From positions 189,348,001-189,412,000 of the forward strand of contig OX597814.1 of NCBI GenBank assembly GCA_951406725.2: DNA of 64,000 nucleotides, given 5' to 3'. Shown piece by piece: positions 13,515 to 26,982 of the stretch. The notes beneath the pieces are model-generated. The model ran no database searches, had not been told where the DNA came from, and was given only the letters and a program-made list of their open reading frames with translations. How positions within the stretch are numbered: the first letter of the stretch is position 1; each line of letters opens with the position of its first letter. Made by a program: the position numbers and the translations under genes. Source of the stretch: Octopus vulgaris (taxonomy: Eukaryota).

Positions 13515-13707
13515 GGGTTTCGTTACTTGTGCACCGTTGCCCTAACCACAACATTCCTTGTCACTCCGAACAAGTTGTCAAGTTGGCTTGAACGTCCCTA
13601 AGATACAGTCACTACATATCAAGGCAAAACAGAAAACTACAATACCAGAGCTAATGAAGAGGAATGATATACCTACTTCGAACTGTCATTATTATCATAA
13701 GGAAGGA

Positions 13708-14516
13708 AGGCGGCGAGTTGGCAGATTCGTTAGCACGCCGGGCAAAATGCATAGCGGTATTTCGCCCGTCGCTACGTTCTGAGTTCAAATTCCACCGCAG
13801 TTGACTTTGCCTTTCATCCTTTCGGGGTCGATAAATTAAGTACCAGTTATGCACTGGGGTCGATGTAATCGACTTAATACCTATGCCTGTCTTTGTTTGT
13901 CCCCTCTATGTTTAGCCCCTTGTGGGTAATAAAGAAATAGGTATTTCGCCCGTCGCTACGTTCTGAGCTCAAATTCCACCGCAGTTGACTTTGCCTTTCA
14001 TCCTTTTGGGGTCGATAAATTAAGTACCAATTGAGCACTGGGGTCGATGTAGTCGACTATCTCCTCCCCAAAATTTCAGGCCTTTTGCTTATAGTAGAAA
14101 AGATTATTATAAGGAAGGAAGGTGGCGAGCTGGCAGAATCGTTAGCACGCCGGGCGAAATGCTTAGTGTTATTTCGTCTGCCGTTACGTTCTGAGTTCAA
14201 ATTCCTCCGAGGTCGACTTTACCTTTAATCCTTTCGGGGTCGATAAATTAAGTACCAGTTATGCACTGGGTTGATGTAATCGACTTAATCCCTTTGTCTG
14301 TCTTTGTTTGTCCCCTCTATGTGGGCAATAAAGAAATAAGAAACGTTAGCACGCCGGACAAAATACATAGCGGTATTTCGCCCGTCGTCACGTTCTGAGT
14401 TCAAATTCCGTCGAGGTTGACTTTGCCGTTCATCCTTTCGGGGTTGATAGATTAAGTACCAGTTGCGTACTGTGGTCAATCTAATCGGCTCAGGCCCTGT
14501 GCCTATAGTAGAAAGG

Positions 14517-14552
<36 letters not shown>

Positions 14553-14720
14553 AGGTTTGTAAATCGAGAGAAATGTTAGAGCAGCATTTCTTCTTGATCT
14601 TTACGTTCTCATTTGACATCCCGCCGATAAAGTAAATAGCAATCTAGTGCTGGTGTTGATGTAATCGAATAAACCCCCCAACTCGAATTAATATCCTTGC
14701 ATTAAAACTTAAAAGAAATG
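13708..14720 (+). mobile_element. Cluster of SINE group C: two dimers (13708-14110, 14120-14550) and an old copy (14570-14720)
   Basis: Head-core-long tail-core-short tail structure. Junctions AAAGAAATA|GGTATTTCG (13939/13940) and AAAGAAATA|AGAAACGTTAG (14338/14339). Confidence 0.9.
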
Positions 14721-15171
14721 TAGTTAGAGCTTACAACATTTCATAATCCATAAACACCTATAAAATCAATGCAGTACTTGTCTCTTCCCAAGAAAGTTTA
14801 CCGTAAAGAATGTCATTTGCGTTTTTGATCTCATTACTGTGATGAGAAATCCTTAACGCAGAATTGGGATTTTAAAGCTTTATATAACATGTGCGCATTT
14901 GCACAAGCGACTGGCGCTCATGCACAAGCCGATAGGCGCGTTTCTTCTGTAATTGCAGCAGTACTTATCAACTTGCATGCGTACATGTATCAGATTGGAG
15001 CAATCTCAAGATTAATCAGCCGAAATTGCGAGGATGATCTGGTTCTTGACTGAGGATAGAAAGCTTCGAATGACCCGTGCTTGTTTTTTTTGTGTCGTCT
15101 ATCTGGATGTTTTGTTGTCCCTTTTTGTATCACCTAGTTGTCCGGATGCTTTGCGTTTTTGTCCCATTTTG

Positions 15172-15254
<83 letters not shown>

Positions 15255-15266
15255 GTAGGTAGGTAG

Positions 15267-15363
<97 letters not shown>

Positions 15364-16068
15364 GTGTGTGTGTGGGTTGGTGGTTATAATCATTTCTTTT
15401 AAGGTTTGTGCATTTGAGCACACTAAACATATACGAAATCCGGATTTAAAATTTAAAAATTATATATAATATTTTCGTATCAGTGGTAACTATTTCCTTC
15501 GAAGTTTAGTTTCAAAGATAAATGGTTCTCAGAACACTGCTTGGTAAGATGCAAATTTGTTATATATAACAGAAATTTGGCACAGAGTAAACAGAGCGGA
15601 TTGAAGTAGTAAACATGAATGGGTAAGAAAAAAGGAAAAGAATATTACACTTTTTGTATAAAGGAAAAATAGAAAACAAAAAGGAACAAGCAGATGGAGA
15701 TGGGAAGAAAACTTGAAGCTGTGGTTAGTAAGCCTCGTAGTAAATATATGATCAGAAGCGAATATCTCTGGAAGCGCATGTGGTGTGTAATATAAACAGA
15801 CACGTAGTTTTAGAGTATGTTATTGATAGTGAAAATGTTTTGATATAAATTTCAACTACGTCATAATATTTTACGAACTGCCGTTCGCTTATTCTTATAA
15901 CCTTTAAACTTTTCTTTAAAATATTGAAATGCTTGTACAAATTACTACTATATAAGCCATTTCTTTCGAAATACCCGAAATTTGGTCACGCAGTTTTATA
16001 CACTTCTATGTGCGTATTTAGTGTGTTTATGTAAAGACAGCTATAAGTGTCTCTCTCTCTCTCTCTCT

Positions 16069-16124
<56 letters not shown>

Positions 16125-16268
16125 TGTGTGTGTGTGTTTATACATTTATACATATATACATACATACATATATATATATATGTGTGTGTGTGTGTGTTTG
16201 TTTGCGGAGTTGTTAGCTAACTACTCCCAAATCGTTTTATCGATTTTGATGAAACTTGACACGTGAGT

Positions 16269-16800
16269 AGAACTCATGTTGTCCACTGTGGTCACCCAAC
16301 ACGAAACAAAGTATCATGAAAATTGCAGCACTTCAAAGGTCAGTTACCAAAAAGACAGATGGCATGACAAGCCTTAACTTTTGGAGTGGACTAGAAAAAC
16401 TCAAGCTTTATTCTCTCCAAATCCGCCGTGAGCGCTACATCATCCACATGATGTGGAAAATATTCCATCAGAGCATTGCCCAAGTGATGTTGGCATCGCC
16501 TTTAAGATACACCCAACATAAATCATGCTCGCATCACATAACGACAATACGGCACAACTATTTCACCTCAATTAGCCCCGCTCACTTTAACATTACATTA
16601 AGACATATTAAAGTAGACACAGAGCCCATAAAGGTCAAGAAGTCTTTGGACAAAAATCTCGGATAAACCTCCTACACCCGGATATGTCTCTATAAACAAT
16701 AACTTTCTCCTCGAGTGGGCCATGATATCCGATTCCTGATTTGAATGACTTTGCCGGGTGGTACTAATAATTTAGACATGGCCTGGATCAATACTGGACG
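16269..16800 (+). mobile_element. CR1-clade LINE ORF2 C-terminal fragment (decayed)
   Basis: CCPLWSP..KIAALQRSVTKK..GM..LNFW..LEKLKLYSLQIRRERYII..MWKI (ORF 16316-16666), typical of the CR1 post-RT region. Confidence 0.85.
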
Positions 16801-16818
16801 AAACCTACTGGTGTATAA

Positions 16819-16860
<42 letters not shown>

Positions 16861-16864
<4 letters not shown>

Positions 16865-17037
16865 AGAATTTCCCAAAAAATAAAAGACCAAGACAGGTGT
16901 TGTAGACAACAAACAGATGTATTAGTATAACGCTCAGAAAGTGAAAAAGTCTTTGACGTTTCGAGCCTACGCTCTTCCACAGAATGGAACACAGAAAAAG
17001 AAACAAGAAGAGAAAATAAAAAATGTGTAGTGGCTAG

Positions 17038-17040
<3 letters not shown>
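16861..17040 (-). mobile_element. Short repeat inserted in (TA)n, probably a Penelope-like terminal repeat fragment; carries a hammerhead-like motif at 16951-16986
   Basis: Second copy at 42097-42270. Minus strand CATT-CTGTGGA-A-GAGC-GTAG-GCTC-GAAA-CGT-C-AAAG. Confidence 0.65.
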
Positions 17041-17083
<43 letters not shown>

Positions 17084-17382
17084 AAAATTTTATTTTGGTA
17101 CATACGGGAGCAACTATCTTTGAAGACTCACATAAAAGTTGTTATTCAATGCTCGTAATGAAGAGTAGAGACAGTCGACAACAGATGAAGGGTCGTTCTT
17201 TGTATCACTGTTTTCCATTTGTTTCTCTCGTTGTTTGCATATTGAACTCATTTGTTTTTGTATTTCATGTTTTTTACTGTTGGCGACGTCCTGTACCCAT
17301 ATATGCATATGTGTGTATGTATGTATGTATGTAAATATATGCATGTATATATATCACATATATATGCATGTATATATTATTC

Positions 17383-17422
<40 letters not shown>

Positions 17423-17452
17423 TATATGTATATATACATATTTATATATTTA

Positions 17453-17525
<73 letters not shown>

Positions 17526-19129
17526 AAGATATATACATTTCTCTACTGCCATTTATCTATGGGAATATCAGTGTATATAGGGTATACGTGTTAACATATG
17601 TCTCTTAGTGTAAATATTCATGCACGTAATATCATTATGTATGATCTATACATGGTAAACATGTATTTTGTTTCTTTATTGTTTGTATACTAGTTATCAT
17701 TGTTTTTTATATTTTTGCCCTTGCCTCTTATATATGTATTCATGTACGCGTCAGTATAAGCTTCTGTTTGCGTATGTGTGTGTGTGTGATCTAATGTATC
17801 TATATATGTTTGTATGTATGTATGTTTGCATGTATGTATGTGCATCATTACTTCATTCTCTTCGCTAATTCACTGATGAATTAACATGGTAATATTTTTC
17901 GAGGATGAGTTAAAAGTAAAGTGTCCGGCTGTCACTTGACGATCACAGATATAAAATTCTTCATGTAAATTACACACAGTTCGGCTTATCACACATTAGC
18001 ACAGAGAACAGTAACCTTTACACGATCTCTCTATGTCTACGTATTTCTCATGCAGATGTTTTGCCATCACTCTTTCTGTCTCACTTTCTCTCTCTCTCTC
18101 GTTGTCTATGTTTCTGTCAAGTTGTTTGCACGTACGCACACATGGACATGCAAAGCGAAACACAGAGGTATCGCCTCAAACACATAATGACTACCTAATT
18201 ACCAACTTTCACTGATTTAAATATTCGTTTTGTCGAATAAGTAGACCCATTTCAAACGGTGCAACGGTTACTCGGACTCGCGTCAAGAGAAAGAAAAAAA
18301 AAACAGAAAGAAAAAAAAAAAGAAAAAGAACACGAAAAAAAAAAAAACCCGCGCAAATATATGTGCTTCTATGCGTATATTTATGCATGAGTGTCAACGA
18401 AGTAAATGTTGGTCAAAAAAAAAAAAAATGTGATGATGCTACGATATGACATTTAACCAGGGATTAACTGACAGAAACATCGTAGAAGTGCTTACAACCC
18501 AAGCCAACAGAATATAATATGAGTTACAGTTCTGAGCGTTAATCTCGCTATCGTTTAAATATGATTATTCCTTCGGTGGAGACCATCTGCTAAAAACGTC
18601 CACACATCAAAAACTTGTTTCGTATTACTTTTATTCCATTTTATTTTATTCATTTTTTGCCTGCACTTTCATTGTTGATATATGTTTATTCATTTATTAA
18701 TTCGGTATTTATGTATTTGACATATAAGTGTGTTTGCCCGGCTCGTGAATACGTTATAGCACTTTTTGTAAAAGAGCCGTTATTGATAAGAGTTTTCTTA
18801 ACTGATGAACCCCAATTTATTGTCCTCTGAACGCTCTTGTCGACAATAAAGCATAGCTCTCGAAATTAAATATATATCAGACACAAGTATGTATCTCATT
18901 GACTATGGAAATTAATCAATGGTTTTGAGCGAAAACTAGTCTCTAGTTATGCTAATCTTACTGTACTTTTTTTGCACATATTTATCAACGGCCAAGCGCC
19001 GATTTGAACTCGTTTATCTATGCTAAACTTCACATTCTGACTAATCTTTCTAATGACAACACATACATAATTTCGCTTCCTTTATTTTGTGGCATCTTTT
19101 CTCTGATCTAATCATTAGCGATATACATT

Positions 19130-19715
19130 AAGGCGGTGAGCTGGCAGAAACGTTAGCACGTCGGGCGAAATGCTCAGCGGTATTTTGTCTGCCGTTACGT
19201 TCTGAGTTCAAATTCCGCCGAGTTCTGCTTTGCCTTTCATCCCTCCGGGGTCGATAAATTAAGTACCAGTTACGCACTGGGGTCGATATAATCGACTTAA
19301 TCCGTTGTCTGTCCTTGTTTGTCCTCTCTGTGTTTAGCCCCTTGTGGGTAGTAAAGAAATAGGTATTTCGTCTGCCGCTACGTTCTGATTTCAAATTCCA
19401 CCGAGGTCGACTTTGCCTTTCATCATTTCGGGGTCGATAAATTAAGTACCAGTTACGCACTGGGGTCGATGTGATCGACTTAATCCGTTTGTCTGTCCTT
19501 GTTTGTCCTCTCTGTGTTTAGCCTCTTGTGGGTAGTAAAGAAATAGGTATTTCATCCGTTTTTACATTCCGAGTTCAAATTCCACAGAGGTTGGCTTTGT
19601 GTTTGATCGATTCGGCGTCGATGAAATAAATATCAGTTGAACACTGTGATTGGTGTAATCAACTTGTCCCTTCCTAAAAATTTCAAGCGTTCTGCCTATA
19701 GTAGAAAGAATTATT
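19130..19715 (+). mobile_element. SINE group C trimer
   Basis: Units start GGTATTT at 19179, 19362 and 19546 (period 183-184). The last unit has the short tail. Confidence 0.9.
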
Positions 19716-19879
19716 TTGATACGCATTTTAATATCAGCCTCGAAGATAATGTAATGAGTACCAGTATTCGAAACATGAAACCCGGCGAGGGCTAATTAAG
19801 GATCATGAAACTATTTCAATGAGCCAATACTACTGTGTTATAACTTCTTTATTCCTGAAGCAGAAAGGATAAATCATCT

Positions 19880-20282
19880 CTCTTTACTCTTTTTACTCTT
19901 TTACTTGTTTCAGTCATTTGACTGCAGCCATGCTGGAGCACCGTCTTTAGTCGAGCAACTCGACCCCGGGACTTATTCTTTGTAAGCCCAGTACTTATTC
20001 TATCGGTCATTTTTTGCCGAACCGCTAAGTGACGGGGACATAAACACATCGGTTGTCAAGCAATGCTAGGGGGACAGACAAAGACACACAAACATACACG
20101 CGCACACATATATATATATATACACATACATATATACGACGGGCTTCTTTCAGTTTCCGTCTACCAAATCCACTCACAAGGCTACAGTAGAAGACACTTG
20201 CCCAAGGTGCCACGCAGTGGGACTGAACCCGGAACCATGTGGCTGGTAGGCAAGCTACTTACCACACAGCCACTCCTGCGCC
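19880..20282 (-). mobile_element. SINE group D
   Basis: Full reverse-complement copy with internal microsatellite and (GTAAAAGA)n-like tail. Confidence 0.9.
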
Positions 20283-20797
20283 ATACCTATTAAATATATT
20301 TTACTAACATCTAAATATTATTTACTAATATCTAAAATTTGGAAGCAAATATATAAAATTTGGAAGTTAAAATTCTATTACTGAACTATACTTTGATGTT
20401 AAGTAGTTTCTTGATTCTACACCAATTTTAGGATTTCTACCAATTCTACTATCCCATCCAAGAGACTATCTCATCAAACGAGAATGGGCTAAGAGGAAGT
20501 CTTTGAAACATTTTCCTTGATTTGTTTATTTATTGTTGATTAAAAGTAAAGCCTAAATTACTTAGAAGCGATAAGATAACCGAAAATTCCGATAAGATAA
20601 AATATCAAATATGATTCTTAAGAAAAGCAGTAGAAAGTTTTTAAAAAACTGTAATTCGTCCACTCTCTTTCCTTCCTTACTTTTATCTCTTCCTCTTTTT
20701 CTTTTTCCTTCTCTTCATTTTCTGCCATTCCATTTGCTTATCTACCTGTCCACCTACTACTTACTTAAACAGTGCGTTTGCCATTTTGTGTGCCTGT

Positions 20798-20858
<61 letters not shown>

Positions 20859-20904
20859 TCTCTCTCTCTCTCTATCTATATATCTTTCTAGCGATCTATC
20901 TGTC

Positions 20905-21372
20905 ATATTCTTTTCTACTCTAGGCACAACATTTTTGGGGAGGGGGGGCAGTCGATTACAACGACCCCATTATGCAACTGGTACTTAATTTGTCGACCCC
21001 GAAAGGATGAAAGGCAAAGTCGACCTCGGGGGAATTTGAACTCAGAACGTAGCGGCAGACAGAATACCTATTTCTTTACTACCCAGAAGGGGCTAAACAC
21101 AGAGGGGACAAACAAGGACAGACAATCGGATTAGGTCGATTACATCGACCTCAGTGCGTAACTGGTATTTATTTAATCGACCCCGAAAGGATGAAAGGCA
21201 AAGTCGACCTCGGGGGAATTTGAACTCAGAACGTAGCGGCAGACGGAATACCTATTTCTTTACTACCCACAGGGGGCTAAACACAGAGGGGACAAATAAG
21301 AACATAAAGACAGACAAAATACAGCTAAGCATCTCGCCCGACGTGCTAACGTCTCTGAATGCTCGCCGCCTT
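20905..21372 (-). mobile_element. SINE group C tandem array (internally deleted first unit plus two core units)
   Basis: Two cores share the variant CGACCTCGGGGGAATTT and CGTAGCGGCAGAC. Head at 21320-21372. Confidence 0.88.
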
Positions 21373-21605
21373 TCTATCTATTATATTGGAGCTTTCAATA
21401 CTGTTCAGAGAAAAAGGTAAAACAATATAAAACAAATGAAGTTATTCAAAAAGTGTTGGCAGCCAAAACTCCTTCATACTTTGGCTAAAAGAAAATAGAA
21501 GAGGATCCGTTTGTGATTTTATATAGCATGTTCTCTCGGGTTCATACTCTAATCGCTGTGGTCTTCAGTTTTGCTAAGAGCTGTAAAAGTACTCGGAAGA
21601 TTGGG

Positions 21606-21643
21606 CCTCCGACGAGGCCTTTCGCGAAACTCTTAAAGCTAGG
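21606..21643 (+). ncRNA. Minimal type-I hammerhead-like motif (variant)
   Basis: CCT-CCGACGA-G-GC-CTTTC-GC-GAAA-CT-CTTAA-AG-CT-AGG, with AATAAA ~25 nt downstream. Confidence 0.4.
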
Positions 21644-21683
21644 AACTTTTCAGCACCCCCTTGTATTAATAAATTATTATTAA

Positions 21684-22074
21684 CTAGCAGTATCGCCCGG
21701 CGTTGCTCGGGTTTGTAAGGGAAATAACTATATAAGCATTTTTAGAGAGCCAAAAAATAGCAAAAAAATGCATTAAAAATGGGAAAAATATGATGGTATT
21801 TTTTTTTTAAATCGTTGACTCATCGTAGACATTTTTAGAGAGTTACTTCCCTTATATAATATAGAAAAAATGCATTAAAATGGAAAAAAATGATGGTAAA
21901 TTTCTTTAAAAATCGTAGACTCATCGTAGACGCGCGCTAATACCCAGAAGGGCTCGATATGAATCACGACTATAAGATACCCGGTTTTGGTTAAACTGCA
22001 CCGCAAAATGTGGGAGTAGTTAGGAATCTAAATCGTTGGAGACAGACGCACAACTTGACTTTTATATATAAAGA
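21684..22074 (-). mobile_element. Non-autonomous Helitron
   Basis: Minus strand A|TCTTTATATATAAAAG ... CCCGAGCAACGCCGGG hairpin ... CTAG|T. Inserted at AT with no TSD. Internal ~95-bp tandem duplication. Confidence 0.8.
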
Positions 22075-22454
22075 TAACTAAAACACACACTATATGATGT
22101 CCATTGACGGATATCGAATAGGAAAATAATAGATATCATTGATAACTACTTTTATAGACTGTTCCGCGTTCATCTCTCCGTGGGATATTGGAGTTGGTGA
22201 TGATGGTGGTGCCGATCGAGTAGTCACATTTGAAGTTGTTCTAACTGTGATAATCAAGTCTTTTTATATACATCAGGAGCTTCACTGTCCAATAGGTCCT
22301 TCTGTTTTCTAAGACGACACTGTGTAATCTGAGAGGTTTTTTAATCACTGTTTCAAGCTGGCAGTGTGTGATAGTAGAGAGGAACCATTGGTTCATTTTA
22401 CGATGTATTGTGTTAAGCGCCAGATTTATTATGTAACAGCTGATACATTAAAAC

Positions 22455-22667
22455 TCTCTTTCTCTCTTACTTGTTTCAGTCATTTGACTGCGGCCATGCA
22501 GGAGCACCGCCTTTAGTCGAATCAAATCGACCCCAGGACTTATTCTTTGTGAACCTAGTACTTATTCTATCGGTTTCTTTTCTTGCCGAACTGCTAATAG
22601 ACGGGGATGTAAACACACCAGCATCGGTTGTCAAGCGTTGTTGGGAGCACAAACACAGACACACAAA

Positions 22668-22753
<86 letters not shown>

Positions 22754-23160
22754 CACGACGGTCTTCTTTCAGTTTCCGTATACCAAATCCATTCACAAGG
22801 CTTTGGTCGGCCCGAGGCTATAGTAGAAGACACTTGCCTAAGGTGGTGCCACGCACTGGGACTGAACCCGGAACCATGTAGTTTGTAAGCAAGCTACTTT
22901 ATTTTATCAAATTTGCCATAGAGGCAGTACAAAGATGGGTAGCTTTGCGGGCTGGACAAGACATTGATGAGGCCAATGATTATAATACAAAAAGGATAAA
23001 GATGGGAGAAGACAGAAAGTGCCCGCCGACCCTCTGATTCTCTATTACATTGATCTTCAATAAATCACTACATAAGGCAATGAATCTCTTACAAAAATCA
23101 CAACAATATTAATATAAAATTTACACACTTCGGCACTACCACACAGCCACTCCTGCGCCT
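22455..23160 (-). mobile_element. SINE group D interrupted by a 237-bp insert (22900-23136)
   Basis: The SINE head sequence AAGCTACTT|ACCACACAGCC is split by foreign sequence that ends A-rich on the minus strand. Confidence 0.85.
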
Positions 23161-23697
23161 ATTGTTAATATCTACAGCATCTGGCTTTACAGTGTTCCAG
23201 TCAGAGACAACAGAAGACTATTACAGCTGGCACTACAAATTTGCAAATGGTACAAGTGATATTTTTTGCTGTCGAAATGGCTGTTTAAATTTTTCTCATT
23301 TTTGATTCATATTCTCACAGGTTTCACATACACGTCACAGATTTATTTTCATTTTTACTCAACTATTTACACAGCTTTCGTAGTATTATATCGCTCCGTA
23401 AAGGCCAAAAACACGTGTTCGATTTGCCATTGTGCGTCATTGTATTGTTAAAGTTTAACATCTTACTGAGCCAAAGAAGATTTCACTATTTTCTCAAGAC
23501 TATACGACAATACTGATAAGACTCGCAATATAGGGAACATTTGCAGCATGAAATTTTAGGTGATTCAGGAAAAATATATGATAGATGAGCATGGCCAAAT
23601 ATTTCCATATGTATCTCTCGAAATTCGTGTTCTTTTCGACCGAAGGGCAACAAGTATAGAATAAAGTGAATGCTAGATGTGTTGTTATTTGACATAT

Positions 23698-24003
23698 TTA
23701 TTTATGCACCCTTTTCAAACCAAGCCAGGCTTATGGGCCCAGTTTCCCGGTTTCTGTAGCGTATGTGTTCCCCCAGCTGGACGGAACGCCAGTCCATCGT
23801 AGCGTTACTTAAGAAACAGGAAGAAGAGTGAGAGTAAGTTGTGGCGAAAGAGTACAACAGGGGTCGCCACCACCCCTGCCGTAGCTTCGTGGAGCTTTAG
23901 GTTTTTTCGCTCAATAAACACACACAACGCCCGGTCTGGGAATCGAAACCATGATCCTCCGACCGCGAGTCCGCTGCCTTAACCACTGGGCCATTGCGTC
24001 TCC
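23698..24003 (-). mobile_element. Chimeric SINE: group A head and body with group B tail
   Basis: 23810-24003 matches group A and 23698-23808 matches the tail of 4712/10497. TSD ATTTGACA at 23687-23694 and 24006-24013. Confidence 0.88.
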
Positions 24004-24454
24004 CCATTTGACAGAGCAGTAAATATTTCTGTGAAACTGTTTACAGCCGATTGTGCTGCTGGGCATCGTATGAACTGTCGACTAATTCTTCATTGTTATG
24101 TAAGATATTCGTCATAATTATTATATAACTTATATATTTCAGAATAATTTTATTTCTTTGTAAAAAACACGCACGTGTGAGTGTTTGTGCGTGCGTGTAT
24201 CAACGCGTGTGTGAACACGTATGTGTGCACGGGAGACTGTTTGTATCATATTTGCCCTCCACCCAATAACTTGAGAACCGCTGATGGTTGTTTTCCTCCC
24301 TGTAATTTAACAGGCAAAAGAACACCCATAGAATATGCCACATCATGGCCGCAGTCCAACGACTAAAAAAAAGGAGAAATAAAATGCAAAACTAAATAAA
24401 AATACAGATGTAGATCCATCCGTATTTACTCTCATTCACTGTGAAATTTAGTTC

Positions 24455-24628
24455 ACGAGAGTTTTTGTCTGCCGTTACGTTTTGAGTTCAAATTCCGCCG
24501 AGGTCAACTTTGCCTTTTGTCCTTTCGGGGTCGATGACTTAAGTACCGTCGATATAATCGACTTAATCCGTTTGTCTGTCCTTGTTTGTACCCTCTGTGT
24601 TTAGCCCCTTCTGGGGAGTAAAGAAATA
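24455..24628 (+). mobile_element. SINE group C, 5'-truncated, long tail
   Basis: CTGCCGTTACG..GAGTTCAAATTCCGCCGAGG...GTAAAGAAATA. Confidence 0.85.
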
Positions 24629-24965
24629 GGTTTAATTCGTCAAACGACACTTGGCCAAGGTGTACTATATGGAGGAGCCTGTGTGCATACCAGAGCAATA
24701 TCAAATAGTAAAACCAAGACTGTTGACAAATTACGATGATAGCTGCTGGTTGAAATGAATTATTGTTATTGGTTAATGGGAAAACAATGTGCCATTCAGT
24801 TCTCTTCTTCAGCTGATAACCTTCACAAAGGTTGATCGTAAAACCAGTTATTGGGTCACGCAAGGTTGATTTGCACCGGAAGTCACTTTGGTACCGCACA
24901 CTTTATGTTGTGTTCAGAAAAAGTCGTTTGAGAGCGACTTCGAAAGATACAATCATTAATACATT

Positions 24966-25026
<61 letters not shown>

Positions 25027-25116
25027 ATAAGACAAAGCAAAAAAAAATTGCATTGGAGACTGTATTATGTATGTCTCTGTTGCGCTTCATTTATAACGAA
25101 CAGATGATGATGAATA

Positions 25117-25673
25117 GAAGAAGAAGAAGAAGAAGAAGAAGAAGAAGAAGAAGAAGAAGAAGGAGAAGAAGGAGGAGGAGGAGGAGGAGAAGGTGAAGAA
25201 GGAGAAGAAGAAGAAGAAGAAGAAGAAGAAAGAAGAAGAAGAAAAAGAAGAAAAAGAACGTGAAGGCGAAGAAGAAGGAGAAAAAGAAGGTGAAGGCGAA
25301 GAAGAAGAAGGAGGAGAAGGAGAAGGAAAAGAAGGAGAAGGTGAAGAAGAAGAAGGTGAAGAAAAAGAACGTGAAGGCGAAGAAGAAGGAGAAAAAGGTG
25401 AAGGTGAAGAAGAAGAAGAAGAAGAAGGAGGAGGAGGAGGAGGAGGAGGTGAAGAAGGAGAAGGTGAAGAAGAAACAGAAGAAGAAGAAGAAAAAGAAGA
25501 AAAAGAACGTGAAGGCGAAGAAGAAGGAGAAAAAGAAGGTGAAGGCGAAGAAGAAGAAGGAGGAGAAGGAGAAGGAAAAGAAGGAGAAGGTGAAGAAGAA
25601 GAACGTGAAGAAAAAGAACGTGAAGGCGAAGAAGAAGGAGAAAAAGGTGAAGGTGAAGAAGAAGAAGAAGAAG

Positions 25674-25705
<32 letters not shown>

Positions 25706-25742
25706 GAAGAAGAAGAAGAAGAAGACCAACAACAACAACAAT
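25117..25742. repeat. Compound purine (GAA/GGA/GGT)n repeat with a 249-bp higher-order duplication
   Basis: AAAAAGAACGTGAAGGCG recurs at 25251, 25362, 25500 and 25611. Confidence 0.9.
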
Positions 25743-26276
25743 AGCAATAAGGTAACTACTTACGAACGGCGACGGGGCGAAGGATGGAGACGAGAATTGA
25801 GTGTAAGAGCAACAAAAACACAGAACAATATCAACAACGGTGACGGGCAATAAAAATAAGAACCAAACAATAACAACAAAACAATAACAACAAAAGTCTA
25901 TTTACGTAACTAAGGGTCTAACGAACAACAACGGCGACGCACTGGTTTACTTCAGTCAAGTTGTTGAATAAAGAAACACATGTTTGGAGGAAAAAAGTAC
26001 CTAATAACTCTGGGTACCCCCTTCCACAAGAAGATTCCCTTGCCCCTTTCTCGTTCTCCCTCATCCTCTGTCTCTGTCTCCCTACGTGTGTCTCCCTAAA
26101 TATGTGTGTATGTGTTTGTCCGTTTTCTGTTAGTAACACATACGGATTTATACGTGCACACACATAGGCATAGCTGCACATAAACACACAGCAACGCCAC
26201 ACACACACACACATAAAACTAACGATCTATTTTGAATGATAATAGGAATTTCTTAAAGAACAATATATATATATAG

Positions 26277-26321
<45 letters not shown>

Positions 26322-26409
26322 TAATTTAATAATAATAATTGATAATTTTTACCTTCATGGTTTTTTTTCCCATGCTCAGCCTGTGGTAAAATTATAAACA
26401 ATATCCTCA

Positions 26410-26448
<39 letters not shown>

Positions 26449-26563
26449 CACAAGTTTATTTTTAGATTCCACAGGATCGGTATGCATTTAGCGTGTTTGT
26501 CTACGTGGATGTGCTTCTTGTATATGTGTGTGTGTGTGATATCTGCCTAGATTTGTTAATTCC

Positions 26564-26630
<67 letters not shown>

Positions 26631-26687
26631 AAACACATATACACTCATATATATATGTGTGTGTGTGTGTGTGTAAACACATATACA

Positions 26688-26733
<46 letters not shown>

Positions 26734-26774
26734 CATATACATACGTATGTACACACACAGACATAAAAATATAT

Positions 26775-26946
26775 ATTCGAGAGATACTAAAAAGTTCTTA
26801 ACTTAAAGGGTATCGCGAAAAGCCTGACTGGAACCCCAACATTCCGGGTTCCTTTAAAGGGCTTGGGAAAAATGAAGGACCGCTACAATAGGTGTTTGAA
26901 GCCGAGAGGGGAATATGTTAAATAAAATCATAATTAACTGATCCCA

Positions 26947-26950
<4 letters not shown>
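26775..26950 (+). mobile_element. Internally deleted mariner remnant
   Basis: CGAGAGATACTAAAAAGTTC resembles a mariner TIR and is followed by GKMKDRYNRCLKPRGEYVK* (mariner C-terminal 'R..KC....G.Y.E*' pattern). Confidence 0.55.

Positions 26951-26979
<29 letters not shown>

Positions 26980-26982
<3 letters not shown>

Noticed and set aside
14990-15175. Possible hammerhead (CTGAGGA...GAA) in a TA-flanked fragment
   Set aside because: Could not form stems I and III or find a cleavage triplet.
17874-17900. Isolated CTGATGA heptamers (also near 18802, 54701 and minus-strand 57790)
   Set aside because: No downstream GAAA with matching stems. Expected by chance.
19130-19715. CRISPR-like repeat array (also the minisatellites at 6860 and 60790)
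   Set aside because: Units are tandem SINE segments or have only (TA)n spacers. No unique spacers, no cas genes, eukaryotic context.
25193-25744. Glu/Gly-rich ORF resembling RPGR ORF15 or neurofilament tails
   Set aside because: The frame is open only because purine triplets lack stops. No ATG or splice context, and a frame break near 25230.
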